From Psammoneis japonica (lineage: Eukaryota), in contig QPGO01000031.1 of the NCBI GenBank assembly GCA_008632985.1, positions 248,001 to 312,000 on the forward strand: DNA of 64,000 nt, read 5' to 3'. Below the pieces are notes generated by a model that made no database searches, was not told the DNA's origin, and was given only the letters and a program-made list of their open reading frames with translations. Made by a program: the position numbers and the translations under genes. Of this stretch, positions 1-11,800 are shown piece after piece (the first letter of the stretch is position 1; each line of letters begins with the position of its first letter).

Positions 1-259
1 CTGCTGATGCATCGGGTTTATCGGTTTGTGCCTTGCAAGTAGGAGAGAGACGATGATAGCGTTTGTAAATAATAGCTAGCAATAGCGTCTTCCAGGCAGA
101 CGCGTCGTCACCGCATAGCGTGACGAGCTCCTGAAGCGAGGTTTGGAATTCTTGTAAGGTGTTGTTGTCGTCCTTGATGCGGGCGAATCCATTGAAAAGT
201 CTGTGCAGAGCATTGTCAAACTTGGATGAGGCGGCGACCTCATCATCATCAAGAACCAT
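1..259 (-). CDS. Hypothetical protein, 5' part (runs off the window start)
   Basis: ATG at 259 on the minus strand, open to position 1 (MVLDDDEVAASSKFDNALHRLF...). Normal dinucleotide composition. No family recognised. Confidence 0.5.
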   Translation of the reverse strand, partial: MVLDDDEVAASSKFDNALHRLFNGFARIKDDNNTLQEFQTSLQELVTLCGDDASAWKTLLLAIIYKRYHRLSPTCKAQTDKPDASA

Positions 260-304
260 TTCGCTTTGATCGTTCATCGCGACGCTTCCTTTTTTGTGAT
301 GTAA

Positions 305-1660
305 ACTGAACAGGAACAACCAACCGATGAAGCACGTTTGACCGAGTCGTCCAGCGTGTGGGCGAAAGGTGCACGTCTCACAGTGGCGCGTTCGCGCGGG
401 GCCAATGAGTCGTGGATCGTGTTGACTGTTGCAATGACTTCACAGGGTGCATCTTGCTGGCAACCCAAGTCTGGCAGTTGCCCATTTTGTGGATTTCAGG
501 AATGGTGATGCATGATGGTCAACATTTTGACTGAATTTTGATGCTTTGGAACTGGAACAAGAACAACAAGAAGGAAGGCCACAATGTCCCAGACGCTGCA
601 GGGCAAAAGAGGAAAACCATCAGCGAGATGAGAGCAAAGCAAAAGGATCGAATGAGATCAGCTCACCCTGGGTTGGATGTTGACCTCATCTCCAACCAGG
701 ATGCATGGTGGTCATCAGCAGAAAACTTAAAATTTGACAAAAAGAAACAGACCCAAAGACAAAAGCAGCTGTTGTTTCAGTTTGGGCTGGGTGGTCTTTC
801 TCCTCCAGAACACCCCCCGCTTGACTTCTGTGGCTGCCAGCAAACTCTCCCAACAAGCAGGACTTGCCAACCAAATGCTCTTGGCTGGCAGAAGATTGAA
901 AATTGCTTTGGTTTGAACAGCCAAAGTCTGTGCAGGGTTGTGCACAGCATCTGCAGGGTGGCTGCTGCGCTGACGTCCTCGGTGTTCATGCGCAAAAGAT
1001 CCGGGCCTTTTTCATTGCTCTTCGAGGTCTCACATCTTTCTCTGATGACGCCATGCTCTCCATCACACAAATGGAGCAATGGTTGTTCGCAGTCATCTCA
1101 AAAAAAAGAAAAGCTTTGGTTTTTGCATGCAAGCTTCTTCCCATGGAGATTGGAGGGTGTGTTTGCTGGCTGTCTTCCAGGCTGTCACAGGATTTGAGGA
1201 GTCAAGCAGGTTGGAGCAGATGATGCACGAAACAACCAAACGCACACAAAGATGTTCTAACACCAGCACAGGTGCTGCCCAATTGTCTGCTGTTGTGTGG
1301 TTCATGGAGGTGCTGATTGGCTCAGACAGCAACAGGGAATCTCCCAGGTGACTCCCTCTCACTTTCCTCTCCACACACAAGAGTGAACTGCGTGCACACA
1401 TGGCACCCCTGCCACCACCCCGTGAGCACAGGTTGAAGAGATCTGGCTGGTTTGGAGCTGATCATGTCATGTGGTGTTTCTGTTTCATGTGTGTTTGTGT
1501 GTGTCACACGTTGCACTTAACTGCTGTTCACAACAAACCATCACAATGCACACCATGCGAATGCTGTGTGTCATCTCAATGTGAAAACAACCCGACACAC
1601 ACCCGAGACACTGACAAGATGGTCCTCCTGCTGCTTTCCCACAATCTGAAATCTGCTCAC
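305..1660. other. TpA-depleted hypermutated domain 1
   Basis: Almost no TA except YTAR (cttaaa, ttctaa, cttaac). TG/CA-rich. CpG is kept at the left edge (340-420) and reduced in the core. Confidence 0.8.
760..1260 (+). pseudogene. Decayed duplicate of the 3' half of the neighbouring ARF-like gene
   Basis: Colinear similarity to about 2200-2681 (ccaacaagcaggacttgccaa, ccaaatgctcttggc, caaagtct, ccatggagattgga), with indels and TA->TG/CA and CG->TG/CA changes. Confidence 0.85.
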
Positions 1661-1796
1661 GCCTGCATATCTTCGACAGATCTTCGCAGATGTCACGACT
1701 TGATGGCTGACCGCACTGCAGGTGTAATCCCACCCGACGCTCTTTCCCACACACGCTGCTCCCATTGGTCACAAGTGCCTGCAACATTATTTCAAC

Positions 1797-2641
1797 ATGG
1801 TCTACGGCATTGTTGACTGGTTGGTGCGCACGTCGAAACTCTGGTTTTGCTCAGAAACCAAACCTCCGCTCAAGGTTATCATGCTTGGTCTCGACGCTGC
1901 CGGAAAGACCACCATACCCTCACGCATCACGTTGATGGCGCTGTTGAAGATGTTCTGCCCAACCACCACTGCCCGATTCAGAACTGTTGTACGAAACGCA
2001 TAAACTAGGGCTACATGATCCCCGCGATTGGCTTTAACGTCGAGACACTGGCTCATGACCAACACATGTCACGATTGGAGATTACTGCTTGGGATGTAGG
2101 TGGACCGGACAAGATTCGGTCCCTTTGGCGCTTATTTTTCGAGGGAGCTCAGGCATTCTGCTTTGTGATTGATTCAAACGATCTTTGTCGCCTCGACGGC
2201 GCGGTTCATGAGTTTTGGCGGTCTCTCCAGGACACCCCCCCGTCGATTCCTGTACTGATACTTGCCAACAAGCAGGACTTGCCAAATGCTCTTGGCCTAC
2301 AGGAGATTAAAGAATGCTTTGGCTTGAATAATCAAAGTCTACAGGGTCGTCCATGGCGTCTACAGGGTGTCTGCGCAGCCCAGGACATTGGCGTTCACGA
2401 AGGCTTTGAATGGTTGGTGAACGGCACCAGTCTTCTTTGTCACTCCACAAGGTTCACCTTTCTCCGCTGCCATGCTCTCTGTCGCTTGCATAGAGCATCG
2501 ATCGCTTACGATAATCTTGACGAGAGCGATGCTGGGGCAAAAGCGTTAACTCTTGCATGTGAACTTCTTACCATGGAGATTGGAAGGCGCGTTGCCGACT
2601 ACCTGCCAAACGGTCAGATTTCAGGAGTAGAACGAATTTGA
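1797..2641 (+). pseudogene. ARF-family small GTPase, interrupted and probably non-functional
   Basis: G-motifs GLDAAGKT, IGFNVET, WDVGG, NKQD and CA are present. The frame breaks between 1920 and 2015. Gly2 is absent, switch-I Thr is Ala (IPAIGF) and the catalytic Gln is Pro (WDVGGPDKIR). Confidence 0.75.
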
Positions 2642-2801
2642 GGGTGGTATGAAAGAATCAAGATACATAATAAAATTCTAACGGTATGGGTGGTATCTGA
2701 TTGTCTACGTTTCTAGAAATTCACGAAACGAGCTTTTAAGTAGCAAAGTACATCGATTACGTGTACCCACTACTTCGCAAAATCGAACACTTTCTCAATA
2801 A

Positions 2802-4852
2802 TCAAACAGAGCTTCCCTTTGGAAGCATAGGGGGGATAACCAAGTTCTGCGGCATGCAAGAATTGCTATCGCCCCATATCGGCTCCTTGAGGGAGGGTGG
2901 TGCTTCAGTTCCATTCTCAACACCATTCGCACGCACATCCTCATTGGGTAAAAGTGGATGATGCGACTCCAGCCAGCCACCTCCCCGAAGCGGAACAAAT
3001 TTGAGCACCGTGTGCATTGGAACCTCAATACCGGTACAATCCTCAACGGGTGTAGACCGAAAGTAAGAAATGAGTACCTGTAACACACTCACATGCGAGA
3101 CGACAACAGCCAGTCCAAGCTGTTGCTCCATGTCAATGACAACAGACTCCAGACGATTGATGAGGTCACCGTAACTCTCTCCACCGGGAAACCTGTGAAT
3201 TGACAAGCCGCACCTTGCGTGTTAGTATCCAGCAATCTAAGATCGAAGCTAAAGAGAAATTTCATTTAGCTCACCTTGTATGAAACGGCTCACGCCTGAG
3301 TTGTTCATACCATTCTGGATAAAGCTCTCGGATTGCCTCCAGAGTCATTCCAGTGAAGTCACCCATATCAAGAGGGTTTAAATTTGAAACATCTTTCACT
3401 GGAAATGGATGTTTCCATGACGCGGTTTCCAGAGCCCGTGGCATGGTGGAGCTCATGACCAAACAAGGAAAGGGAAGGAACGCATCCTGCTCTGCTCCTT
3501 CATATAGGTGATCCGGATTTTTGTACAGGCCAGAGATAGAGGTACCCGTATCAACATTGCTAGGATGAATGACATTAGCATTCCCTCGGTTCATAAATTC
3601 CTTCCCTTCCTTCTCAATAAACTCACAAAGCTCATCGCGGAACCTTTTGCCGCTTTCTCCCAAGCGGTCACCCCTCAATCGTGCCCTATTCATGTGAGAG
3701 TGCTGCATCGCTTTTGTCGCACCTGCACGGCAAAGAAAAATAGGGCGGCTTCCAACATTCCAAGCCATCAATGCAGGTACAACCACCTTCGCCAGCCGTC
3801 CGTAAATATGATTCACCATGAGGCTACTGGAAAGGTTGAAGATTTTGATAAACGACAGCGAAGTGTCGTCCACAGTCTCATACCGCGATTCGTACATATT
3901 CACTCGCTCCTGCAAGTCTTTCAAGGCTTCCTCCTTTGTCATGTTGGCAAAGTCGGGACAGCTTGCGATCTTGAAATTGAAGTTCTCGGCCAACAACTCC
4001 TTGTCGTCACAGATACTCTCGACAAAAACGACGCCGGTCCGCTTGCCGGAAAGTTCCTGAGCTTTGGCACACTCCTGCAAAATCCATTCACGCCTCTGCT
4101 TCGTAGAATTTGTAGCGTCAAAAATGGCGATCCGTTGTGTTTGACGTCGCGAGCTGTGGCTGGTGTGATCATTGGCAAAGCCTGGGGACAAGTCTAAGCT
4201 ACCAAGGGAACCAGCGGACCGATTCCTTCTCAATACAGCTCCTTCTCCTTTGACATCCTCAAGCCATTCCAAAGTATCTCGTAGAGCGACTTCCGCCACC
4301 TTTTGACGCAGTCTCGCAGCCGCCTGGTTGGAATCATCGAAAAACTGTGCATCACAAGCACCAGCCTTTTGACGCTCACCATCTGCATCCGCAAAATGGT
4401 CGTGCTCTTCGTGCGCAAGCTCAGTCGCAGCCAGACGTCTATACTTGCCAACGTTAAAGATGCGGCATTTGTTCCCACGCCAAGTGAGGTAGTTCAACAG
4501 CTTGCGGGATACAAAGGATTTACCGCGAGCAGGGAGTCCCACTAGCACAATCAAAAGTCGTTCGCTGTTTTCTGTCAAGTGACGTCTCTATAGAACAAGC
4601 ATGCGAGTGTGGAGCATAATGTGAGATTATTGATGAAACATAGCTCAAATTACAAGGTACATGGAACGCACTATGCAACCTCCTGAAACTCTCTTACGAT
4701 CAACGAGGCATCTGGTAACAACAAGATGAAACTCATACCTTTGCAAGACGCTTCATCATTACGGGCGTCTCCACCGCTAATTCTACTGATCCCTTCTCAT
4801 AGTAGACGGGAGTAGTGGGTGTCGTCGGTGATGCCGGCTCAGGGGACGACAT
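2802..4852 (-). CDS. PFKFB: 6-phosphofructo-2-kinase/fructose-2,6-bisphosphatase (3 exons: about 4852-4739, 4587-3276, 3192-2802)
   Basis: VGLPARGKS P-loop, FNVGKYRR, FDATNST, FVESICDD, then a histidine-phosphatase half (RFPGGESYGDL, VVSH). GT-AG introns join the frames. The phosphatase RHG motif reads CRAG. Confidence 0.9.
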
Positions 4853-5018
4853 GGTCGCGGTGATGTTGAGATTCTTGATATTGTGTACTCTTCGAGTGTT
4901 TGTTTGCTGTCAGCTCATTGAAATCAATCACGTTCAACGTCGCCAACAGTGACAAGGAACATCGACATCAACGAGAGAGAGGAAAGGAATGTGATGCATG
5001 ATGAAGCGCCCTGTCCGG

Positions 5019-5074
5019 TGACGTGTTCCTTTTAGATGACGTCAAAGTGCAACTTCCCGGATTTTATGACGTCA
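5019..5074. promoter_or_regulatory. Cluster of bZIP-type TGACGT sites upstream of PFKFB
   Basis: TGACGTG at 5019 and perfect TGACGTCA palindromes at 5037-5044 and 5067-5074, about 170-220 bp upstream of the ATG. Confidence 0.45.
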
Positions 5075-5159
5075 ACTCACATCACGCACCTGTTACCTTC
5101 CGTCTGAAAGTCGACCGCCGCCAGTCTTGCATCTCTGCTGCCCCGGGCACCGTCGTAAA

Positions 5160-6750
5160 TTCATCGATTGCCAATCAAAATTGCAATCAAAATTGCAATC
5201 ACCATTTCAAACGCGATTGCAATGACCTGATTGCCAGGGCATGGCTTTTGTAACAACCACACAATCAACTGCAGTTGTTTGAGCACTCTGAACTTGGGCT
5301 TTTTGTGAGAAGCTCTGAAAAAGCGCTTGTCTGCTCTCCAAATTTCTCACCTGTGTGGCGTGCCCAGCAGGCAGACGGGAACAGGGGAGATCCATTAATT
5401 TCTAGCATTCAAAACATGGTGGAGTCAACAAACAACTGGCAGCACACCAAGAGCTCTGGTTTCTTGCATGCTGGCTGTGTGCACGCTTCCCTGCTGTTGC
5501 GCTGGTGTGCTGTTGTGCTCTGGTGGTGTGCGCACATGCCGCTCTTCTGCATCACCAGAGATGGCTCCAAAAGTGTGGGCTGGCCTTCAAGACCAACACC
5601 TTCTACACTCAATTTAAGAAAGCCTTGCTGACATGGTGCAGAGTGGGTCCAGAAGCATTTTGGGGTCAATGAGGCTCTGTGTTGACCATTGGCCGGTCAT
5701 TTTCTGCCTCATTTTTGAGGAGAAGAGGCAGGTGTGACGGTGTGCTGGACATCAGCTGCCATCAAAAATGTGCACTCTCACCAACCTCTTTGCACAACAT
5801 TGTTGTTTGTGTCACAGCAAAGATGAGCTTTGTGTTGAGGTGTCCTCAGAGGTGAGTTGTGTGGACAAGCAGTGCGCAACACTCTGAGATGCTCGCTCGC
5901 ACACACCAAGAAGGTTCAGTTGGTGACAAAAAATGACCAAAGGAGAAGAGAGCCCAATTGTGGCTGTTGAGGCTCAAAAGACTTGGCTGGCATCAGCAGC
6001 ACTCAAGTCCAGAGAGCTGCTGCTCAGCTTGTTTGCTGCAGCCAGCTCTTGTTTCCGAGGTTCCAACTTTGGCCCATTTCACCCAAACCCAAGTGTGGCT
6101 GCTCCTGGCAATGAGACAGATGCATTTGGTGATGTTTTCCATGTTGTCATGCATGTTGTTGGACTGCTGAGTCCACTGCAATCCTTTCAAGAATGCTGGC
6201 AGCTTTGGCTCCACTCAAGGCCCTTGCAGCACTTGGACAAATTGCTCTCCCCAACTGTTCTCCATCACAGTTTTCTGCCTTCTTCAATGCAGCAGCAACA
6301 GCTTTTCTTTTTCAGCTTTTCTTTTTCACCCACTCACTCCTTTTGCTGTTCTCTTCTGGGCATCACCTCCAGCAGCAGTCAAAATGTGGTGAAGTCAGCA
6401 ACCACATCGCTGCTGTCTGGATTGCTGCACCAGTGGTGCTGTGTGTGCATCTGTTTGGGGGGCCCCAAGGTGTAGAGGACTGGCCTTTGGGACCAATGCA
6501 TTCTGCACTCAGTTTAGAGATTAATCCTAGAAGCTTTTGGGCAGCCAAGGCTGTTTCATTCCACCTCATCATCAAGGAGGCAGCTGTGATGGCTCTCCAT
6601 GGTTGTTGAAAATGTGCCCTCTCACCACCCAGCCACTGTCTATTGTGGATTGTTGCGCAACACATTTGCCTGCATTGTGTTGGATGCACTGATCTGGACT
6701 TGATTGTCAAGACGACTGGTGGGTTCTGACCGAGTTGTCGCGACATGGGA
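5160..6750. other. TpA-depleted hypermutated domain 2 (unidentified decayed repeat or gene)
   Basis: Remaining TA is mostly YTAR (ttaa, ctag, ttag, e.g. agtttagagattaatcctagaag at 6511). CpG is also rare. The ORFs are rich in C/H/Q/W and lack Tyr. Confidence 0.8.
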
Positions 6751-7123
6751 AGCGAGTAGAAACGAGTCGAGTGACGCGATCAGAGGAATGCAATCTAATT
6801 GGTAGAAAAATTACTTTTTTTATTTTGATGTTCAATGCCTAATTGGCATAGCAACACGCAAGAGCCACGACAACGACTTCCCTTTCCAGAACTCCTTCCC
6901 TTCGATCCATTCGCGAGGAGCAGCATTGTTCACGTACTTCCACCCAAGTGAATAAATCATCGAGAAAGGTCTCGTGCATCAAATTTGATCAGAAGCAGTG
7001 GAATGTCAGAACAATCAAACTAGATTTGAAGGTAAAATTGCTGGCCTACCTAATGCTGCAACAAGCCTTCGGTATTCTTCTGTGCTAGAAGAACAATTTC
7101 TGCCAGATATTCTATAGCTGATC

Positions 7124-8017
7124 TTATCTCGTCCATTGCGCCGCCTTGATGGGAGGAAAAGTTTCGACCGTCACGTCGCCATAGGCAAAGGTGATGCAAG
7201 AAAGACGATAGCTGTCTGGATTTTCTCGAAGTGTTGATGCTTCATCCATGGACTTACGATTGGTATTCTCAGCTCCACTCGAGACATTGACAATACAGGT
7301 CCCACACAGTTGCTTTCCTTCGCAATTAGTCCACCGAGTGACGGACTGATAAACATTAATGCCCTCGTCGACAAGCACTTTTCTTAAATTGCATCCCATG
7401 GGAGCAACAATCTCACGAAGCTTCTCCTTGTCTGACCCCACATTTTGCACAACAGTAATGGTAATTGTTTCTTTTTCTTTGGCAGTCTTGTCGTCACGAC
7501 AAGCCTCCTTAAGCTCGTCCTTGGTACCTCGGAAAAACACCAACTCCACATCCACCACCGTCTTGTCGAGACTGGCAAAGGCTTCCATGACGTAATCAAA
7601 AGACGCACCCAACAAGTTGATTGGTTCGGCCTTATTGTCACTAACGGCGCGCAACTCGCATAATTGATCCCCGACATTGACGGCACCCGACAGAGACGCC
7701 GGTCCTGCTGGATCCATTTCCCGTACATAGACAAAGGAAAAACTCAAGTCGGTTCCCCACTCGATGCCTGGCGCTCTGGGAAGTTTGATTCTATACAGGC
7801 GCTCATCCAGCGACAAATCGATCCCATCATTTTCTCTGCTTTCACTTTCGTTTTCACTGGATAAGCAGAGCCTCGTTAAAGTAGTGCGTTCAGCACCATT
7901 AGCAAATAACGAGACGGATTTTGTAGGACGGTGCGGTGATGCCTGAAATGCATCCGTCCGGCCAAAACATGTCACAGCGAGAAGAACAAGGATAATCAGT
8001 ACAGACATGACTGTCAT
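7124..8017 (-). CDS. Plastid-targeted PDZ-like plus 2Fe-2S ferredoxin domain protein
   Basis: Signal peptide ending TDA-F, PDZ-like segment (GPASLSGAVNVGDQL), and ferredoxin motif NCEGKQLCGTC...RLSC. Confidence 0.85.
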   Translation of the reverse strand: MTVMSVLIILVLLAVTCFGRTDAFQASPHRPTKSVSLFANGAERTTLTRLCLSSENESESRENDGIDLSLDERLYRIKLPRAPGIEWGTDLSFSFVYVREMDPAGPASLSGAVNVGDQLCELRAVSDNKAEPINLLGASFDYVMEAFASLDKTVVDVELVFFRGTKDELKEACRDDKTAKEKETITITVVQNVGSDKEKLREIVAPMGCNLRKVLVDEGINVYQSVTRWTNCEGKQLCGTCIVNVSSGAENTNRKSMDEASTLRENPDSYRLSCITFAYGDVTVETFPPIKAAQWTR

Positions 8018-8854
8018 TTTTAGGTTTGCAAGATGAAGAAATCTATTCAATAGCAACCTCTGCTTCCCGGTCGCCGATGTGAGCGATGGGAATGGTGAAT
8101 AACACCAGAATCGAATGGATGGCACTCGATGTCGCGGCTGTCGCGGAGAAGAGGCGGTGTTTTTGAAAATCAAAAGATCGCATGCAATGAAAAGATCCAG
8201 ATCGCGTGTGCCACGTCATTGCATTACTACGACAGTACGTGTATTATTTATGTACAAGTTCGGAAGATTTCTCGGAAATTCCGGGTTTGTTTCATGATTC
8301 TGTTTAGGTTCACGTCAGTGACGATGACCGGTGAAATTATCTTAAAAGTCAAAAGACGGAGAAAATTAACAATTACTACCTGTTACTTAAGTAGAGATAG
8401 GGGCTATGCCTGCTCCTATTAGAATTTTAAATAAAGAGAACGGTTTTCGTTAAGTGCCATGTTATGTCTTTAAAGGATGACTATAGGTACATATATAGGG
8501 CAATATAAATTCTGATGTTTAAGATGGGTCTTGACAGTCTTCAATTTGTTAAGTAGATTTATTTATGACAACTATCATCATGTTATTATATGTACATGGA
8601 TACTGAATAATCTTTTTAAAACTGCTTGCGACATTCATCAGAAACGATCACAAAAAAAGATTCTCCCAACAGAGTTGTTTTGTGAGTTGGGGAACAAGGT
8701 GAAGATCGATGATCCGCGACATCAATGCGAAGTTTCCGTCATAAGTCAAAAATCCATCCTTTTGCTGTTCAACAGAACCCATTTTCGAAACAGAAGAATA
8801 CCTATTAGGTGGTTAATAAGCGCGAGAGGAGAAAGCAGAAGATAGAGTGGTCCC

Positions 8855-11800
8855 ATGATGGAAGGACAGGGACCCAACGACAAAGGCGGGAGTTTTGAAA
8901 CTGCAGAGACCGAGGTTTTCCTCTACGATGAGTGCAAAGGCAAGAAGTGCCTCAATGAGGAGGATACCAAGGCGGAGCTCAAGAAGCTTCTTCTTGTCCC
9001 AAAGGATACCTTCAGTTTCTTCGCCTTTGTTGAGTTTGGAAGCCAGTCGTTCGTACTAGCGTTTCTAGTGCTTTTGGTTCAAGTACTGACACTAGCCTTC
9101 TTGATGGCAGATGGGATCGACCTAGACGACAGCAAGAATCCCCTCGACATACCTGCATCCGTCACGTGGGAAGTGCTGGCATGCCAGTTTCTAGCCTTGC
9201 TAATCGCTGTGTTAAGCCAGACGGACCTCGTAGAAGCACTCAACCTTTTCTACAACGGATACAAAGTCTCGCCGAAAAAGATATATAGCATTGAGGACAG
9301 GGAATATTTCAATACGGTGCTCGATTTCGCTGAGGCAGTCGATCCCCAGCAGCCTGCGTCAGGTACCCCGGCGCTGAATGCCCCGACGCAGCACGATGAA
9401 GAATGTCAGAACGTTTCTACCAACAACGAGGAAGGAAAAGATCCACCGGAAACTCCCGCTGTTTTGGATAAGGCTAAGGGAGAAGCCAAGAAGGAATTGG
9501 GAGGACAAAGTCAGCACTCAGTCAAAGATCTCCTCGACAAAACGAAAGAGCTACCAAAACGATTTGTGATTGGTTACACACACCGCCTGCGCAAACGGAA
9601 CGAACCTATTCGTCGTCTCCTACGAAGTGGTTCTCCTCAGTCATCCTACGCTTTTGTGAAGGAGCCCTTTGTCTGACGGTTACCTTCATTCTAGTAGTGC
9701 GGGAAGAAACGGCAAGGGACGTGCTTCTCAACTTTACGGCTGTTGAGTTCGTGTCAAGCATTGATGATTTGTGTTTCGGCTTGGCAAAGATGGGTTATTT
9801 TGGTCGGAACATCCGAGAGGACACTGATCACGATATTTTCGACGATGACAATGCTCAAGTGAAGACACCCATCGGTCGAAAATGCGTTCCAGAGAGATTC
9901 AGGACGATACCATTTCACTTTGTTATGATGTTCATTATATTCATTGGCTTGATTAGTGGCTGGACTACAGTTGTTATAAAGCAACATAATGGGGATTACA
10001 TCTCGGATGCAGTATTCTTGCAGTTTAGCGATGAATACCTGCCAGCACTTGGAACCTACAGCGGTGTGTATCGTCGAAGTAACAGGAGGAAGGCCTATCG
10101 AATGATGTATGAACAGGCCTTGTCTGGAGACACCCGATCTGCCGATAGTCACTCTGATCATGCATGGCTGGGGTACTGTGCCACAGAGGACCAACACAGC
10201 GGCTTTTGGAGCCTCACAATAGACGGCAATCCTTGTTCTTGGCTGGCAAGATCATCCGACTCCGAGTCGTTTGAAATCTTGGAATCGGCGACTTCTCAAT
10301 GGTACGTCAAGGATAACGCTCGTATTGTACCCATTCAATACTTCACGATGGTTCCCTTTCCAGGAGAGGAACCGTGCGGAGGAAATGGTTCGCTCAGAAA
10401 CGGAGTATGTGAGTGCAAAGATGGTTGGCTTGGCTTGGAGTGCGGATTCAACGACACCTGCACGCACTTGTCACTCGACATTCGAAAAGGAGAATTCTTT
10501 ACTGGTCGCAAATGGGCGTCTGATTTCAGTCTCTATCGCGATAAGGATGGCAAGGTTGTTGAAGTCTACGATCGTCCTGTTTTCTTCAACAACACAAATG
10601 CAGGGCGGGATAAAAAGCGGGCTGAAATTATCATGTTTGTCGGACGCCGTTGGGTGCTTTTTGAGAGTGTGCAGGACGATTTGGACTTGTACTTGAAGGG
10701 CTTCCGCGCCAATTTCACTAAGAGTTTCAAGGTTGCTTTCATGAGCGAAGCCGTAGATGTGGGGAGCCCTTCGGATGCAATGGCACCTCTGAACCTTGAA
10801 TGGTTCCATTCCGCAACCCGAACGGCGTCTGATTTCCGCCTTCCTGCTGTCGATTCAACGAGTTCAATTGACGCTGTGCTACTCTGTTCTGTCTGCCATG
10901 ACATAACGAATCCATGCAAAAACAATGGTACTTGTGTTGAGGGTGCTTGCAAGTGTCCGGAGGCCGCAAAGGGAAGTATTTGCGAAAAGCCGCCCCTAGG
11001 GAACGGGCGCTGCGATGTGTACCTGAACACACCTGAATTTGGCTTCGACGGCGGAGATTGTTGCGAATCTACTTGTGTAAGTCAAGAATACACTTGCGGA
11101 AAAGACGATACCGGATATGTGGACCATGGATACTTCTTTTGTCGAGACGAGAAAAAAAAATGGAGGCCAAACAGCAGTCCAATTCCCAGCGTTGATACGC
11201 TTTCGAAATCTGGCTCGTCGGTGGCGCTAGCCGAGAATGGTGCTATACTCGCTGTTGGTGATCCAGGCGCGGACACCGTTCGCCTATTCGATAAGTTTGG
11301 TTCAAAATGGGTTCAGCGTGCCCAGTTTGTTGGGCCGCAGGGTCTCGATTTCGGTAGGTTTGTCACAGTGCGATTGACTGGACCGAGCAACATGGTTAGC
11401 AGACCGTCAGCCCTCGCTGCCGTTCAAGTCGCAGCATCAGGAAGCGGAATAGTGCGCGTCTACAGCTGCACAACGAAGGGATGTACGAAGATTGGAAATG
11501 ACATCGAGTTTAGTGGCGCTGGCAACTCTTTGTCGCTGTGGCGTGACCGTTACAGTCTGCTTGTCGCTGTTTCATCTGCATACGGAGATGCTAGCGTCTT
11601 CAGGAGCCACAGAGATAACAGCACGTGGGTTCCGCTTAATCAGACTGACCTTGGACGCGTTAGCAGTGAGTACGTTTCCTTCTCAAGGGATGGAAAAACT
11701 CTAGCAGTGGGAGGTACCACTACGAAGTTAGATTACAATATCAATATGACTACAAATAAGTTCCTCGAGGTTGAAGTGTATCGGTTGGCTGAAAATGAGC

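Noticed and set aside
3508..4197. Long antisense ORFs over real genes (e.g. 3508-4197, 13702-14376, 23021-23836, 36634-37191)
   Set aside because: Shadows of coding sequence on the opposite strand.
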